DNA from: a bacterium
GTDB lineage: Bacteria; UBA8248
Reading direction: 5' to 3'
NCBI GenBank assembly: GCA_965261085.1
Contig: OZ253442.1
Coordinates: 4,160,001 to 4,224,000, forward strand
Length of the DNA stretch: 64,000 nucleotides
Position numbers and translations under genes: made by a program. The notes below the pieces were generated by a model. It was given only the letters and a program-made list of their open reading frames with translations. It did not search any database and was not told where the DNA came from. This document shows, piece by piece, positions 9,269 through 19,851 of this stretch (position 1 is the first letter of the stretch; each line of letters opens with the position of its first letter).

Positions 9269-10279
9269 TTACGTCGTCCGCTTTTTCCCCACGTAGTCGA
9301 GCAGCACCGCCAGGATGATGATCCCGCCGACGGCCAGCAGTTGCCAGTCGGCGGCGATGCCCAGCAGGTTCAGCCCGTTCCTGATACACGCGATGATGAG
9401 CGTGCCGATGACGGTGCCGATGACGCGCCCCTCGCCGCCCAGCAGCGAGGCGCCGCCGATGACGACCGCGGCGATCACGTCCATCAGGTCGAACATGCCC
9501 ATGATGGCCTGTGCGGCCATGAGGCGTGAGGCCATCACCACGCCCGCGAGCGCGCCGCAAAAGCCGCTGAAGACGAGCACGAACAGCTTGACGGCGAAGA
9601 CGTTCACGCCGGCGACGCGGGCGGCCTCCTTGTTGCCGCCGACGGCGTAGATGTTCGTGCCCAAAACGGTGCGCGAGAGGATGAGGTGCGCGGCCAGAAA
9701 GACGACGGCCATGATGACGGCGGCCATGGGAAACGGACCCAAGTAGCCCTGCCCCACCACGCTGAACGCCTCGGGCAGGCCGTAGATGGACTGCTCGCCG
9801 GTGAGGATGAGCGCGCCGCCGCGCGCGAGGCTGTCCATCGCCAGCGTGAGGATGAAGGCGGGAATCGCGAACCAGCCCACGAACACCCCGCTGACCCCGC
9901 CCAAAATCACTCCAAGAAGCAGGGCGGCGAGCACCGCCGGGACGATGGGCACGCCGTAGTTTTTAAGCAGCAGGGCGACGACCACCGCGCCCATCGACTG
10001 GATGGAGGCCACCGAGAGGTCGATCTCCGCGCAGATGATGACGAGCGTGAGGCCCGCCGCCATGATGCCGATGTTGGCAGACTGGAGCAGGATGTTCATC
10101 ATGTTCGAGACGGTGAAGAAGTTCTCCGCCGTGATGGAGAGAAAGACGACCAACAAGATGAGCGCCAGGATAAGGCCGTACTTGGAAAAGCCCGACGCGA
10201 TGAGAGAGGAGATGCTGTATCCCCCGCTCGCACCGGCGACGGGGCCTCGCCCGCTATCCGATTTCACCTCATTGCTCAT
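9269..10279 (-). CDS. Monosaccharide-type ABC transporter permease (RbsC family)
   Basis: IDLSV, YAVGGNKEAARVAGVNV, IAAVVIGGASLLGG. Confidence 0.92.
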   Translation of the reverse strand: MSNEVKSDSGRGPVAGASGGYSISSLIASGFSKYGLILALILLVVFLSITAENFFTVSNMMNILLQSANIGIMAAGLTLVIICAEIDLSVASIQSMGAVVVALLLKNYGVPIVPAVLAALLLGVILGGVSGVFVGWFAIPAFILTLAMDSLARGGALILTGEQSIYGLPEAFSVVGQGYLGPFPMAAVIMAVVFLAAHLILSRTVLGTNIYAVGGNKEAARVAGVNVFAVKLFVLVFSGFCGALAGVVMASRLMAAQAIMGMFDLMDVIAAVVIGGASLLGGEGRVIGTVIGTLIIACIRNGLNLLGIAADWQLLAVGGIIILAVLLDYVGKKRTT

Positions 10280-10304
10280 CGTCCCCTCCGTTACCGCACG
10301 CTTC

Positions 10305-11891
10305 TTACGCCGCTGTGCTCGTCGCGTAGCGCATGATGGTCTCGGCGTCGGCGTCTTCTCTTAGAACCTCACCGGTGATGCGGCCTTCGTTCATCACGAT
10401 GATCCGGTTGCAGATCGCCGTGACCTCGGGCAGTTCCGAGGATATCACGATAATCGCCACCCCGAGTTGGGCCAGTTCCTCGAGTATGCGGTAGATCTCC
10501 ACCTTGGCGCCCGCGTCGACGCCCTTGGTCGGCTCATCCAGGATGACGATGCGCGCGCCCGTGGATATTCCCCGCGCGAGCAGCACCTTCTGCTGGTTCC
10601 CGCCGCTTAACTGCGCGATCTGATCCGTCAAGGAGGCGACCTTAATGCTCAGCCTCTCCACGTAGTCGCGCGAGAGGCTGTCCGCGCCCGAGCCGTTGAT
10701 GCAGCCGAGCAAGCGCGTGAGCTTTCGAGAGCGGCTTTCCCGACCGAAGTTAAACAGGGTGATCAGCAGATTCTCCAGCACCGAGAGGAGCGGGAAAACG
10801 CCCTGGTTCTTGCGATCCTCGGTCAGGAAGGAAAGCCCGTGGCGTATGGCGTCGCGGGGTTTTCGTATCCTCACCCTATTACCGTCGATGAACACCTCAC
10901 CGGCATCGGGCAGCTCTAAGCCGAAGAGCGCGCGGAACAAATCCGTCCGCCCCGCGCCGACGAGGCCTGCAAAACCGAGGATCTCACCCTGCCTGACGCG
11001 GAAACTCACGTCGCTGAACACCCCTGTTCTCGTGAAATTCCTGACTTCCAGAACTTCCTCGCCTATCTTGCCCGAAATCCTGGGGTAGCGCTCGCTGAAG
11101 GTGCGCCCCGTCATCATGCGGATCAAGGTGTCGATGCCGGTGTTTTCCGCGCCGATGGTCCCGACGTGGCGTCCGTCGCGCAGGACAGAGATGCGATCTC
11201 CGATAGCGAGGCAATCCTCCAGGGTGTGGGAGACGTAGACCACCCCGATGCCGCGCGCTGTCAAGCGTTCGATGACGCTAAAGAGCGCTTCCTTCTCCCC
11301 GGGACCCAGGGACGAGGTGGGCTCGTCCATCAGGATGACTTTCGCATCGAAGGCCACCGCTTTGGCGATCTCGAGAAACTGCATGTCCGACAGACTCAGA
11401 GCCAACACCCCGGCGTTCGGGTCGATATCTATACCGAGTTCGGTGAATATCTCGCGGCAGCGCCGTTCCATCGCCACCTCATCCCGCACGCCCAACCGTC
11501 CGAGCAGCCGGTTCCGCACTCTCAAATCGCGGCCCAGGAAGAGATTGCTCTTCACGTCCATCAGCCGCACGAGGCTCAACTCCTGATGGATCACGCTGAT
11601 CCCGAGCTCCCGCGTGAGCGCGGGGGAGCACTTCCCGACGGTGTGGCCTTCGAACACCATCTCTCCGGTATCTTTTTCGACGACGCCCGAGATGATCTTG
11701 ATGAGGGTCGACTTGCCGGCGCCGTTTTCGCCCAGGAGCACGTGGACCTCACCGGGCCGCACGCTGAAATCCACGTCATCGAGCGCCACGACGCCCGGAA
11801 ACTCCTTGCCGACCCCGCGCATGTCGAGAATGAGGCGCTCGGCCGCGTCCTCGGGGTGAGATTCGGATGGATTGGAGGGGGATGACGTCAT
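10305..11891 (-). CDS. Monosaccharide-type ABC ATP-binding protein (RbsA family, tandem NBD)
   Basis: GENGAGKST, MDEPTSSL, LSGGNQQKV, DEPTKGVD. Confidence 0.93.
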   Translation of the reverse strand: MTSSPSNPSESHPEDAAERLILDMRGVGKEFPGVVALDDVDFSVRPGEVHVLLGENGAGKSTLIKIISGVVEKDTGEMVFEGHTVGKCSPALTRELGISVIHQELSLVRLMDVKSNLFLGRDLRVRNRLLGRLGVRDEVAMERRCREIFTELGIDIDPNAGVLALSLSDMQFLEIAKAVAFDAKVILMDEPTSSLGPGEKEALFSVIERLTARGIGVVYVSHTLEDCLAIGDRISVLRDGRHVGTIGAENTGIDTLIRMMTGRTFSERYPRISGKIGEEVLEVRNFTRTGVFSDVSFRVRQGEILGFAGLVGAGRTDLFRALFGLELPDAGEVFIDGNRVRIRKPRDAIRHGLSFLTEDRKNQGVFPLLSVLENLLITLFNFGRESRSRKLTRLLGCINGSGADSLSRDYVERLSIKVASLTDQIAQLSGGNQQKVLLARGISTGARIVILDEPTKGVDAGAKVEIYRILEELAQLGVAIIVISSELPEVTAICNRIIVMNEGRITGEVLREDADAETIMRYATSTAA

Positions 11892-11984
11892 GGGCGAGTT
11901 CTTTCAGTCAGGTCGGTAAGGCGATGCAAGCGGCCGCCGCGTTCGCTTCGATCTCTAGCGCGAAAATCCTCCCCAGGCTCGGCG

Positions 11985-13190
11985 CTATATCTCGAGCGGC
12001 TCCCTCGGGAAGGACGTAAAGGAGACGCCGCCTTCTTTCGTGACGTGCACCATGTCCTCGTTGCCGAACAAATAGGTGTTGTCGACGGCGATTCGCGGCT
12101 CCACCGCGAGCACCATGTTCTCCTCGAGCGGCAACTCCTCGATTCCCATGTCCGGGCGCTCGTGGATGTCCCACCCCAGGCCGTGGCCCAGGAACCTGTC
12201 CCACAAATCGAACCCGGCGTCGCGGGCCATCGCCTCGGCCATGTCGACGAGCCTGCTGGCCAGGATTCCCGGCTTCGCCTTCTCGATGACCGTCCGCTGA
12301 ATTTCCAGAATCGCCTCATAAGCGCGCCGGTGGGTATCCGTCACTTGGCCCATGGCGCGGGTGCGCGAGGAGTCGACCGGATAGCCCTCAAACCTCATGC
12401 AGATGTCCCAGTGCACGACGTTGCCGCGCTCGATGGCATTGGCCGGGCTGGGCATGTGCAACAGCGCGCCCGCCACCGGATAGCCGCTGCAAATCAGGCT
12501 CGGCGAAGAGCTGCACGAATCCTCATAAATCGGGTCGGCGGAGCGCATCGCGTGCTCGGCGGCGCGGATGAGTTCCAGTTCGGTCGTGCCGACGCCCTCC
12601 GCACCCAGGATGGCGACGACGGTCTCGTGGCCCAAGTCCGCCACGCGGCCCGCCTTGCGCATCATCTCGAGATCAAAATCGCTCTTCACCATCCGGAGTT
12701 CCTCCACGATGGTCGAGCGTTCGATTTCGAGATCCGGGAACGTCTCCCTCATCCCGGCGTAGAGCGGGGCCGGAAACTTATCGAACGTCTCGATACCGAC
12801 GCGACGCACGTTCCCTGCGTCGAGAATCAGCATCTCCAGGTTCTCGACGGACAGCCCATCGCCCTTTTTCGCCGAAAACCCCTCCCCGGCCACGATGCGC
12901 GGGACGCAGACTTCGCGCGTCGGCATGAGGCCCGGATCGACCATGAGCGCAGGATCGTCCTTTTGCGTGATGAAGACCGCGCCCCCGTCTACGATGGCGG
13001 TCTCCGTGGGCGTGAGGCTTATCCAGCCCGCCCGGTCGGGAAAGTAATCGGTGAGATAGCGCAGGCTGCCGGAGAGCTTGTTGTTGCCGTACACGATGAG
13101 GGCGTCGTATTCACGCTCCGCCATCATCTGCCGGGTCTTCGCCAGCCGCCTGTCGATTTCGGCCTGAAGCACGTCGCGTGGAATGGGCAT
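11985..13190 (-). CDS. M24 family (Xaa-Pro/creatinase-like) peptidase
   Basis: DSSRT, GHGLGWDIHERP, VEP and NED pita-bread metal ligands. Confidence 0.88.
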   Translation of the reverse strand: MPIPRDVLQAEIDRRLAKTRQMMAEREYDALIVYGNNKLSGSLRYLTDYFPDRAGWISLTPTETAIVDGGAVFITQKDDPALMVDPGLMPTREVCVPRIVAGEGFSAKKGDGLSVENLEMLILDAGNVRRVGIETFDKFPAPLYAGMRETFPDLEIERSTIVEELRMVKSDFDLEMMRKAGRVADLGHETVVAILGAEGVGTTELELIRAAEHAMRSADPIYEDSCSSSPSLICSGYPVAGALLHMPSPANAIERGNVVHWDICMRFEGYPVDSSRTRAMGQVTDTHRRAYEAILEIQRTVIEKAKPGILASRLVDMAEAMARDAGFDLWDRFLGHGLGWDIHERPDMGIEELPLEENMVLAVEPRIAVDNTYLFGNEDMVHVTKEGGVSFTSFPREPLEI

Positions 13191-13273
13191 GTGCGTCCCC
13201 TTAGGCGAGCGGACGCGCGCAGAGACGGGGAATCAATACCCCGCCTCCGCCGCGCGGCCTCGCGCGTGATTTC

Positions 13274-14230
13274 CTACTTGACCCCGGCTTTTAAGCTCTT
13301 ACCGACCGCCTGGAGCAGCTTCGTCTCGAGCGGAATCGTTCCGGTGTCGATCGTGTACTTGGATTTATCGTCCCGGTCCATCGCCACGTCGACCCCCGTG
13401 CGGACGAGTTGCTTGCCGACGGAATCACAAAAAGTCAGCACGGTCGCCAGCATGTTTCCGCGATAGACTTCCTGCACCGCCTCCTCGACGCCGTTAAAGC
13501 CCGTGACGATGATCTTGCCCAGCTTGCCGCGCGCCTTGACGGCCTGCAGCGCGCCAAGGGCCATGTCGTCGTTCACGGCGATGATGGCCGAGATATCCGG
13601 ATGCGCCGTCAGGATGTCCTCCGCCTTCTTGAGTCCCTGTGCGCGATCCCAGTTGGCCGCCCAGGTGCCGACCACCTTGATGCCCTTGTACTTGGCCAGC
13701 GTGTCTTTCGCGCCCCTTTTCCGCAGGATGCTGGACATGTTGCCCGGCACGCCTTCCATGAGCGCGACCTTGCCCTTGCCGCCCAATTCCTCGGCGGCGG
13801 CCCTGGCGACCGCGGACTGCCCGTAATACTGATCCGGACCGACGAAATGCCGCGCCACCTTCTTCGCCAGATCGTCGGAATGAATCAGCACGCGGATGCC
13901 GCTTTTCTGCACCTTCTTGACCGTCTGCACCATCGCGTTCGGGTCGATGGCGCTGAAGGCGAGGACGTGCACGCGCTTCTGGATCATGTCGTCGATCATC
14001 TTGGTCACGCCGATGAGGTCGGTGCCCAGGGCGCCGCTCAATACCGTGAGCTTGACGTTGGGATGCTTCTTGGCTTCCGCCTCGGCGGAGCGTTTGAGAC
14101 ACGCGAAGTAGGGGTTCCCCAGTGTTTCCACCACGATGCCGATCTTGATGTCCTTCGCGAACGCGGGCGACGTGAACCCGGCGAACGCGACTGCCACTGC
14201 TACGATAACGATGCCGATCATGCGCTTCAT
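13274..14230 (-). CDS. Sugar-type ABC substrate-binding protein (RbsB family)
   Basis: Signal peptide MKRMIGIVIV...AFA; NPYF, ANWDR, NDDMALGA, VTGFNG. Confidence 0.9.
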   Translation of the reverse strand: MKRMIGIVIVAVAVAFAGFTSPAFAKDIKIGIVVETLGNPYFACLKRSAEAEAKKHPNVKLTVLSGALGTDLIGVTKMIDDMIQKRVHVLAFSAIDPNAMVQTVKKVQKSGIRVLIHSDDLAKKVARHFVGPDQYYGQSAVARAAAEELGGKGKVALMEGVPGNMSSILRKRGAKDTLAKYKGIKVVGTWAANWDRAQGLKKAEDILTAHPDISAIIAVNDDMALGALQAVKARGKLGKIIVTGFNGVEEAVQEVYRGNMLATVLTFCDSVGKQLVRTGVDVAMDRDDKSKYTIDTGTIPLETKLLQAVGKSLKAGVK

Positions 14231-14383
14231 AGGCTTTCCTCCCCGGTGAGATCTATGGACCAGTGTGCAATCGTATTCTCTGAAATGTGTTGATGGGAAA
14301 ATCATCACACACAGGCTTCGGCCCGTCAAGAAAGGAGACCGGCGGCGGGCGTGGGTGGACAATCCGCCGCCGGTGGAAACTCC

Positions 14384-16129
14384 CTACTTCGGCGGAATGA
14401 TCGGCAAGAGCACGTGGGAGGGATACTCGGGGCCGGTATGGATGGTCACGTCGCCGCGGAACACCTCCGGGGGCCTGTCGACCGGATCGTTGTGCCTAAA
14501 GGGCCCCACGCCCGAGAATACGGCGGGCATGTTCGGAAGCCCCTTGGCGACGCCGCCCGGGTAGACGTAATCACAGCCGCGCACGCTGAGCGCCAGGCGG
14601 TAGCCCCTGGGCACCACGACGCAGGTGGGCCATATCTCGACGTCCAGTTCGTATATCTCGCCCGGCGTCAGGGACTGCGCCTCGTCGTGCGTGTGGTAGG
14701 GCCTATAAGGGAGCGTGCGTTTTTCATCCAGCTTCCGGTGCGAAGCCCTCAACCAGCCCTGGGCGACCGGGGTTTTGGGGTCGAGCGCCCCCTGGAAGGT
14801 GACTTCCTTGAAATCGGGCGTGAAGACTCTCAGGACGAGGAACAGATCGGCATCCTCGGTTGCTGAGGACACCCACAGCCTGGACGCCAGGGGGCCCGTG
14901 AGCTCGGTTTCCCGCTTCAGGGGAGGCGAGACGAACGTCACCCCATCGCTCAGACCCGCATAGGTGGCCGAACCCGCCTCGGCGGGCGCGGCCTCGCCGA
15001 GCAGGTGTCCCTCGCTCTGGAGAAAGAGCTTCGTCCACTGCGTGCGCGCGATGGGCCACTCATCCTCCGCGCGCTCCACGAATTTTTCCCCGGGGTGGCG
15101 CACCTGGAGCAGGACCCGAGGCTGATCCTTCCAGCCCGTGTCCTCGCCTTTTAAGAAATGGCCAAAGAATTTCTTCTGAAGCGCCACGCCGTAATCGGTG
15201 TAAAACTCCGTCCAGTGCTCGATGCCGTGGCTCTCCAGCCATTTTTCTTCTGAGGCCGCATTCATGAAGGCTTCGCAGTTGCCCCTCGGGTGAAGACCCT
15301 GGCCGCCCCAGTTGTTCGAGGAGAGAAACGGAACCTCGATTTGGGACCAGTCGGGCGTTTTCGTCTTCCAGTATTCATCATCGAGGGGATGCGCGCGCAT
15401 CTTCGCTCCCAGACGGCAGCGGTTCGCCCCGAGTTCTTCTTCGCTCAAGGTATCCGGCCCCGAGACCCAATCGCCCGTCACCCGGCTCTTGTAGCCGCGC
15501 TCACCGAGACCATGCTGTTTGGAGCACGCCCTTCGCTCATACCAGTTCTCGGTGAACGTGCAGTAGATGCCCCCGTGGTAGTTCATGTCGCGGTAGAAAT
15601 CCGCCGCCCCCTCCCAGGCGCACATGGCGGCGAGGTGCGGGGGTTTAAGGCACGCGACCTGCCACTGGTTGATGGCGTAATACGAAATGCCGTTGATGCC
15701 GACCTTCCCGTTGCTCCAGGGCTGCACCCCCGCCCACTCGATGCAATCGTAAAAATCTTTGGCCTCACGATCCGAGAAGGGGTCCATATATCCCGGCGAG
15801 CGGCCAGCGCCTCTGGAGTCCACCCGCAGGCAGACGTAGCCGTCCGGCACCCATTTCTCCGGGTCCACGACCTCCCAGTTCTGGTATTTGTTGGAGGAGC
15901 CGGCGGCGACGTCGGGGTGTTGCTCCACCATGCGGCGCCACTGCTCGGGGTAGCCGTCCTCGAAGTGGAGCCACTTTCCGTAAATCCCGTAAGTGATCAG
16001 AACGGGATAGCGGCCCTCCTCGATGGGCCGGTAGACGTCGCAGCGCAGCACGACGCCGTCATCCATTTCGATGGAAACCTCCCAGTCGATCCGCATGCCG
16101 TCCGCTATTTCTGATTTACGCCCTCTCAT
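14384..16129 (-). CDS. CocE/NonD family serine hydrolase, paralog 1
   Basis: LRCDVYRP, VDSRGAGRSPG, WSNGKVG, GISYY nucleophile elbow, GWLRASHRKLD. Confidence 0.9.
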   Translation of the reverse strand: MRGRKSEIADGMRIDWEVSIEMDDGVVLRCDVYRPIEEGRYPVLITYGIYGKWLHFEDGYPEQWRRMVEQHPDVAAGSSNKYQNWEVVDPEKWVPDGYVCLRVDSRGAGRSPGYMDPFSDREAKDFYDCIEWAGVQPWSNGKVGINGISYYAINQWQVACLKPPHLAAMCAWEGAADFYRDMNYHGGIYCTFTENWYERRACSKQHGLGERGYKSRVTGDWVSGPDTLSEEELGANRCRLGAKMRAHPLDDEYWKTKTPDWSQIEVPFLSSNNWGGQGLHPRGNCEAFMNAASEEKWLESHGIEHWTEFYTDYGVALQKKFFGHFLKGEDTGWKDQPRVLLQVRHPGEKFVERAEDEWPIARTQWTKLFLQSEGHLLGEAAPAEAGSATYAGLSDGVTFVSPPLKRETELTGPLASRLWVSSATEDADLFLVLRVFTPDFKEVTFQGALDPKTPVAQGWLRASHRKLDEKRTLPYRPYHTHDEAQSLTPGEIYELDVEIWPTCVVVPRGYRLALSVRGCDYVYPGGVAKGLPNMPAVFSGVGPFRHNDPVDRPPEVFRGDVTIHTGPEYPSHVLLPIIPPK

Positions 16130-16156
16130 CGCACACCTCTCGTCTTTTGTCGGGAA

Positions 16157-17893
16157 TTATCCTTTCGGGGGAATCACCGGCAGCACCACGTGGGATGGAT
16201 GCGCCGGGCCGGTGTGCAGCGTCACCTTGCCGCCGAACAGTTCCGTCGGCCTGTCCTCTTTCAAGTCATGCTTGAAGGGCCCCACGCCGTAATAGACGCG
16301 ACCCGATATCTTCGCCGCGGAAGGCTCGTAGCCCGGCCAGACGTAATCGCGCCCGCGAACGCTCAAGGCGAGGCGGTATTCCCTGGGGATCACGATGGAA
16401 GTCGGCCAGATCTCGACGTCCAGTTCGTATATCTCACCGGGCGTCAGCGGCTGAATCTCATCGTGCGTGTGGTATGGCCTATAGGGCAGCGTGAGATTTT
16501 CATCCAGCTTTCTGTGCGAGGCCCTGAGCCACCCGATGGCCACGGGCGTATGCGGGTCGTTCGCGCCCCGGTAGACGATCTCCGTCATGTCCGGCGTGAA
16601 TACGCGCAGGTTGAGGAACAAATCGGCATCCTCCGTATCCGAGGAGACGAACAGCTTGGCCGCCACGGGGCCCGTGATCTCCGTTTCCTCGGCGAAAGGC
16701 GGCGAGACGTAGATTAAGCCGTCTCCCAGGGCGTCATAGGTTTTCTCCCGCTCGTTCGTCTGGGGATCGGCCCGGAAGGCGCCGGAACCTGAATGCAGGT
16801 AATACTTCGTCCACTGCGTGCGCGCGATGGGCCACTCGCTTTCCGCGCGCGCCACGAATTTCTCGCCCGGATGCCGCACCTGGAGCAGGACCTTGGGCTG
16901 CTCCTCCCAGCCGGTATCCTCGCCTTTCAGGAAATGGCCAAAGAATTTCTTTTGAAGCGCGACGCCGTAATCGGTATAAAAATGCGTGAAATGCTCGAGC
17001 CCGTGCATCTCGAGCCATTTCTCCTCGGTGGCCGATTGCACGAAGCCCTCCGTGTTGCCCCTGGGATGCAGGCCCACGCCGCCCCAGTTTCCCGCCGATA
17101 AGAGCGGCACGTTGATTTTCGAGTAATCGGGCATGCGCGCGCGCCAGTAATCGTCATCAAGGGGATGATCCAGTATGTCGCGCCCGTAATCGCTCCTGTT
17201 CGAGGCCAGTTCTTCTTCGCTCAGGTTCGCGGGGCCGGATATCCAGTCGCCGTTCATGCGGCTCTTGATGCCGCGATGGCCCTTGCCGTGCTGGCGGGGC
17301 ACGACGGCCTCCCGGTGCCAGGTGTCCGGGAAGCGGCAGGCGATGCCCCCGTGGTGGGCCAGATCGCGGTAGAAATCCGCCGCTCCCTCCCAGACGCACA
17401 TGGCGGCCAGGTGCGGCGGCTGGAGCGATGCCACCTGCCACTGGTTCATCCCGTAGTAGGAGATGCCGTTCAGCCCCACCTTCCCGTTGCTCCAGGACTG
17501 CCCTCCCGCCCATTCGATGCAGTCGTGAAAATCCCTGGCCTCGCGCGGCGACCACACCTCGAGATAACCCGGCGAGCGGCCCGCACCCCTTGAATCCACC
17601 CGCACGCAGGCGTAGCCGTCCGGCACCCATTTTTCGGGGTCCACGAGCTCCCAGTTCTGGTATTTGTTGCTCGTCCCCATGATGGTCTCGGGATAATCGT
17701 TCACCATCAGGCTCCACTGGTGGGGATAGCCGTCCTGTAAATGGAGCCACTTGGCGTAGGGGCCGTAGCTCATGATGACGGGATAATGCCCATCATCGTC
17801 GGGCCTATAGACATCGCAGCGCAGCACCACGCCGTCGTCCATCTCGATGGGTACGTCCCAGTCGATGCGCATCCCGTCTCTTGCCTCGCTCAT
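16157..17893 (-). CDS. CocE/NonD family serine hydrolase, paralog 2
   Basis: Same motifs; colinear and highly similar to the adjacent paralog. Confidence 0.9.
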   Translation of the reverse strand: MSEARDGMRIDWDVPIEMDDGVVLRCDVYRPDDDGHYPVIMSYGPYAKWLHLQDGYPHQWSLMVNDYPETIMGTSNKYQNWELVDPEKWVPDGYACVRVDSRGAGRSPGYLEVWSPREARDFHDCIEWAGGQSWSNGKVGLNGISYYGMNQWQVASLQPPHLAAMCVWEGAADFYRDLAHHGGIACRFPDTWHREAVVPRQHGKGHRGIKSRMNGDWISGPANLSEEELASNRSDYGRDILDHPLDDDYWRARMPDYSKINVPLLSAGNWGGVGLHPRGNTEGFVQSATEEKWLEMHGLEHFTHFYTDYGVALQKKFFGHFLKGEDTGWEEQPKVLLQVRHPGEKFVARAESEWPIARTQWTKYYLHSGSGAFRADPQTNEREKTYDALGDGLIYVSPPFAEETEITGPVAAKLFVSSDTEDADLFLNLRVFTPDMTEIVYRGANDPHTPVAIGWLRASHRKLDENLTLPYRPYHTHDEIQPLTPGEIYELDVEIWPTSIVIPREYRLALSVRGRDYVWPGYEPSAAKISGRVYYGVGPFKHDLKEDRPTELFGGKVTLHTGPAHPSHVVLPVIPPKG

Positions 17894-18071
17894 GTCTCGC
17901 CTTTCTAAAAAAAGGTGGAATCACCGTCGGTGACATATTTTGGGATGAGGGGAAATATAACCGAGCGGCGGTGCGGCGTCCAGATGTGGGGGGTGTTTCT
18001 TATGTCGGGAGGGGGGTTGAAGCTCTAGTCAAACTTGATGATGCAAAGCATTTCATACGTCGTGATGCGCG

Positions 18072-18209
18072 TTACAAAGAGGCCAGGAGATCGTCCACGG
18101 AATCGTAACTTTTAATCCTGCCCTCTCTGTAATCATCATCCGCCTCGTCTTCCATCGCCTGCCATTCATCGGAATAAAACCAAGAGAGGTCCTCTTGCAT
18201 AGTATCCAT
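18072..18209 (-). CDS. 45-aa acidic antitoxin-like peptide (not in ORF track)
   Basis: GAGGG RBS; MDTMQEDLSWFYSDEWQAMEDEADDDYREGRIKSYDSVDDLLASL resembles the WF...EWQ..E.EAD.D...GR....SV..L tail of AbrB/RelB-type antitoxins. Confidence 0.55.
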   Translation of the reverse strand: MDTMQEDLSWFYSDEWQAMEDEADDDYREGRIKSYDSVDDLLASL

Positions 18210-18437
18210 GGTGCCCTCGTAATTATGAACTGGCGGTTTTGTCTGCTACATTTTGGGTGAATATGAAGCGCAGTATTATCGAACCTATCACAAGATGATC
18301 CGAAAGCGCCTGAGACATTACGTGGTGCAGTCTGGAACCACCATAATTTGCGTCCCATGCATACCATTATTCAGATGGAGTTATTGGCAAAGGGTTTTAA
18401 TGGCAAGCAGCTTTCGTGGAAAATTCTCATGGCGTAA

Positions 18438-18632
18438 TCAAATCTTATCATCTATCCCAGCCGACTTGAGGATTCCGTTTGCTGTATGCTTGGATTTTGT
18501 GCTTTTAGGGACACTTACATGAACACTCGTATCAATACTGACCCATATTTCGTGGGATCCTTTGCCTTCTCGCCAAAACACAAAATTTGAGTCCTTGAGT
18601 TTCTGGGTCAATTTTCTGTAAATGTCTGTCAT
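18438..18632 (-). CDS. hicA: HicA family toxin
   Basis: 64 aa basic protein; GKGSHEIW, VSVP, TANGILKSAGI. Confidence 0.88.
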   Translation of the reverse strand: MTDIYRKLTQKLKDSNFVFWREGKGSHEIWVSIDTSVHVSVPKSTKSKHTANGILKSAGIDDKI

Positions 18633-18904
18633 TGAGCAAAAACTTCACGGGTCGGACGTTCCTCATTGAATGGACGTTCCCAAACTACAGTTGAAAACAA
18701 GTCTTTAATCTTTCTCGTGGTGAACTCAGGGCCTTGAATATGGTTAGCGACTATAAGATCGCCAACGAGATCATTCATTACCTCTTCAAATTCATCTATT
18801 GTTTTTGCTTCAATATGCAGTCCCTTGATATTACTTTCAGAAACAAAAACTTCAGCCTCTTCGTCCCATGCAGTTTTTACAAAGAAGGTCATATTCGAAC
18901 TCAT
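18629..18904 (-). CDS. DUF1902/HicB-like antitoxin
   Basis: AWDEEAEVFV.ES.IKGL.IEA.T.DE; ATGA-coupled to hicA. Confidence 0.78.
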   Translation of the reverse strand: MSSNMTFFVKTAWDEEAEVFVSESNIKGLHIEAKTIDEFEEVMNDLVGDLIVANHIQGPEFTTRKIKDLFSTVVWERPFNEERPTREVFAQ

Positions 18905-19278
18905 GATTTTCTCCCTCGAACAACAAATACGGGTTCAATTCCCTCCACGGCCTCCCCATCTATTTATTTGACGTGGATATCTTCTTATCCGCCGCTCTAA
19001 AGATGGTTTTTTCAATTTTTCGTGGCGTAGCTGGTATCAGATAAACTACGCTCCTCACCGGACGCCCCGGTGATTTGGAACCCATGGTTTCCCCTGTGAT
19101 ATTTAGTGTAGGCGACTGTCAACAGAAATATCGCCCCATGTAACGGAAATGTCAATGTTCCGCATATGGAACGAAAACAATTTTGATGGCCGCCACTATT
19201 TTGGCGTGCCAAGTTACGCATATAATTCCCACTTATTCATTTCTTTAAATCGAGGCGATTAAAGTCACTCCCCCACCC

Positions 19279-19851
19279 TCACTCGATGCGCTCCTCGAGC
19301 GTTCGCGTTGACTCCTCGACGATTTCGCACACCTTGTCCATCACCTCGGGATGCTCGCGGAAAGATTCGCGCACTTCCTTGACGATCGCCATCTTGGCGG
19401 CGGCGAAGCCATCCTCGTACTGGAGCCTCAGCCGCTCGGCCGATATGCGGCTGCGCTCGAGCGCGTTCACCATCTGCGCGAGTTTCTCGGGCGTCAAGCC
19501 CTCGAAGGATTCTTTCCCCATCTGCGAGACGGCCTCGACCGCCTGGGCCATCAGCATCCGCCGCGCGGCGGCGGCCACCTTCTCGCCCGGGTCCCTGCCC
19601 TCGCCGTCATAGGCCATAACCTCCTCAATCAACTCATCCACCATGGCTTCCACCCGCTTGGTCTTGCGGATGCCCTCGAGCAGGCGGTTGTTGCGCGCGC
19701 CCACGGAGCCGAGCGCTATCTTCTCCCCGGTGGCCTCCTCGAAGGCCTCGGCCACCTCCTTGTAGGTTTTCCCCTCGGCGAGCAGAGGGTCGACGATTTT
19801 CTCGGCGCCATATTCCACTACTTTCGACCTCCGTCCCCGCCTCCTCTCCAT
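19279..19851 (-). CDS. Mu gp27-like (DUF3486) protein, putative small terminase
   Basis: N-terminal GRRSKV...LL...TY.EV...IALGSVGAR HTH followed by helical region; directly follows a gp26-like gene as in Mu-like phages. Confidence 0.7.
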   Translation of the reverse strand: MERRRGRRSKVVEYGAEKIVDPLLAEGKTYKEVAEAFEEATGEKIALGSVGARNNRLLEGIRKTKRVEAMVDELIEEVMAYDGEGRDPGEKVAAAARRMLMAQAVEAVSQMGKESFEGLTPEKLAQMVNALERSRISAERLRLQYEDGFAAAKMAIVKEVRESFREHPEVMDKVCEIVEESTRTLEERIE

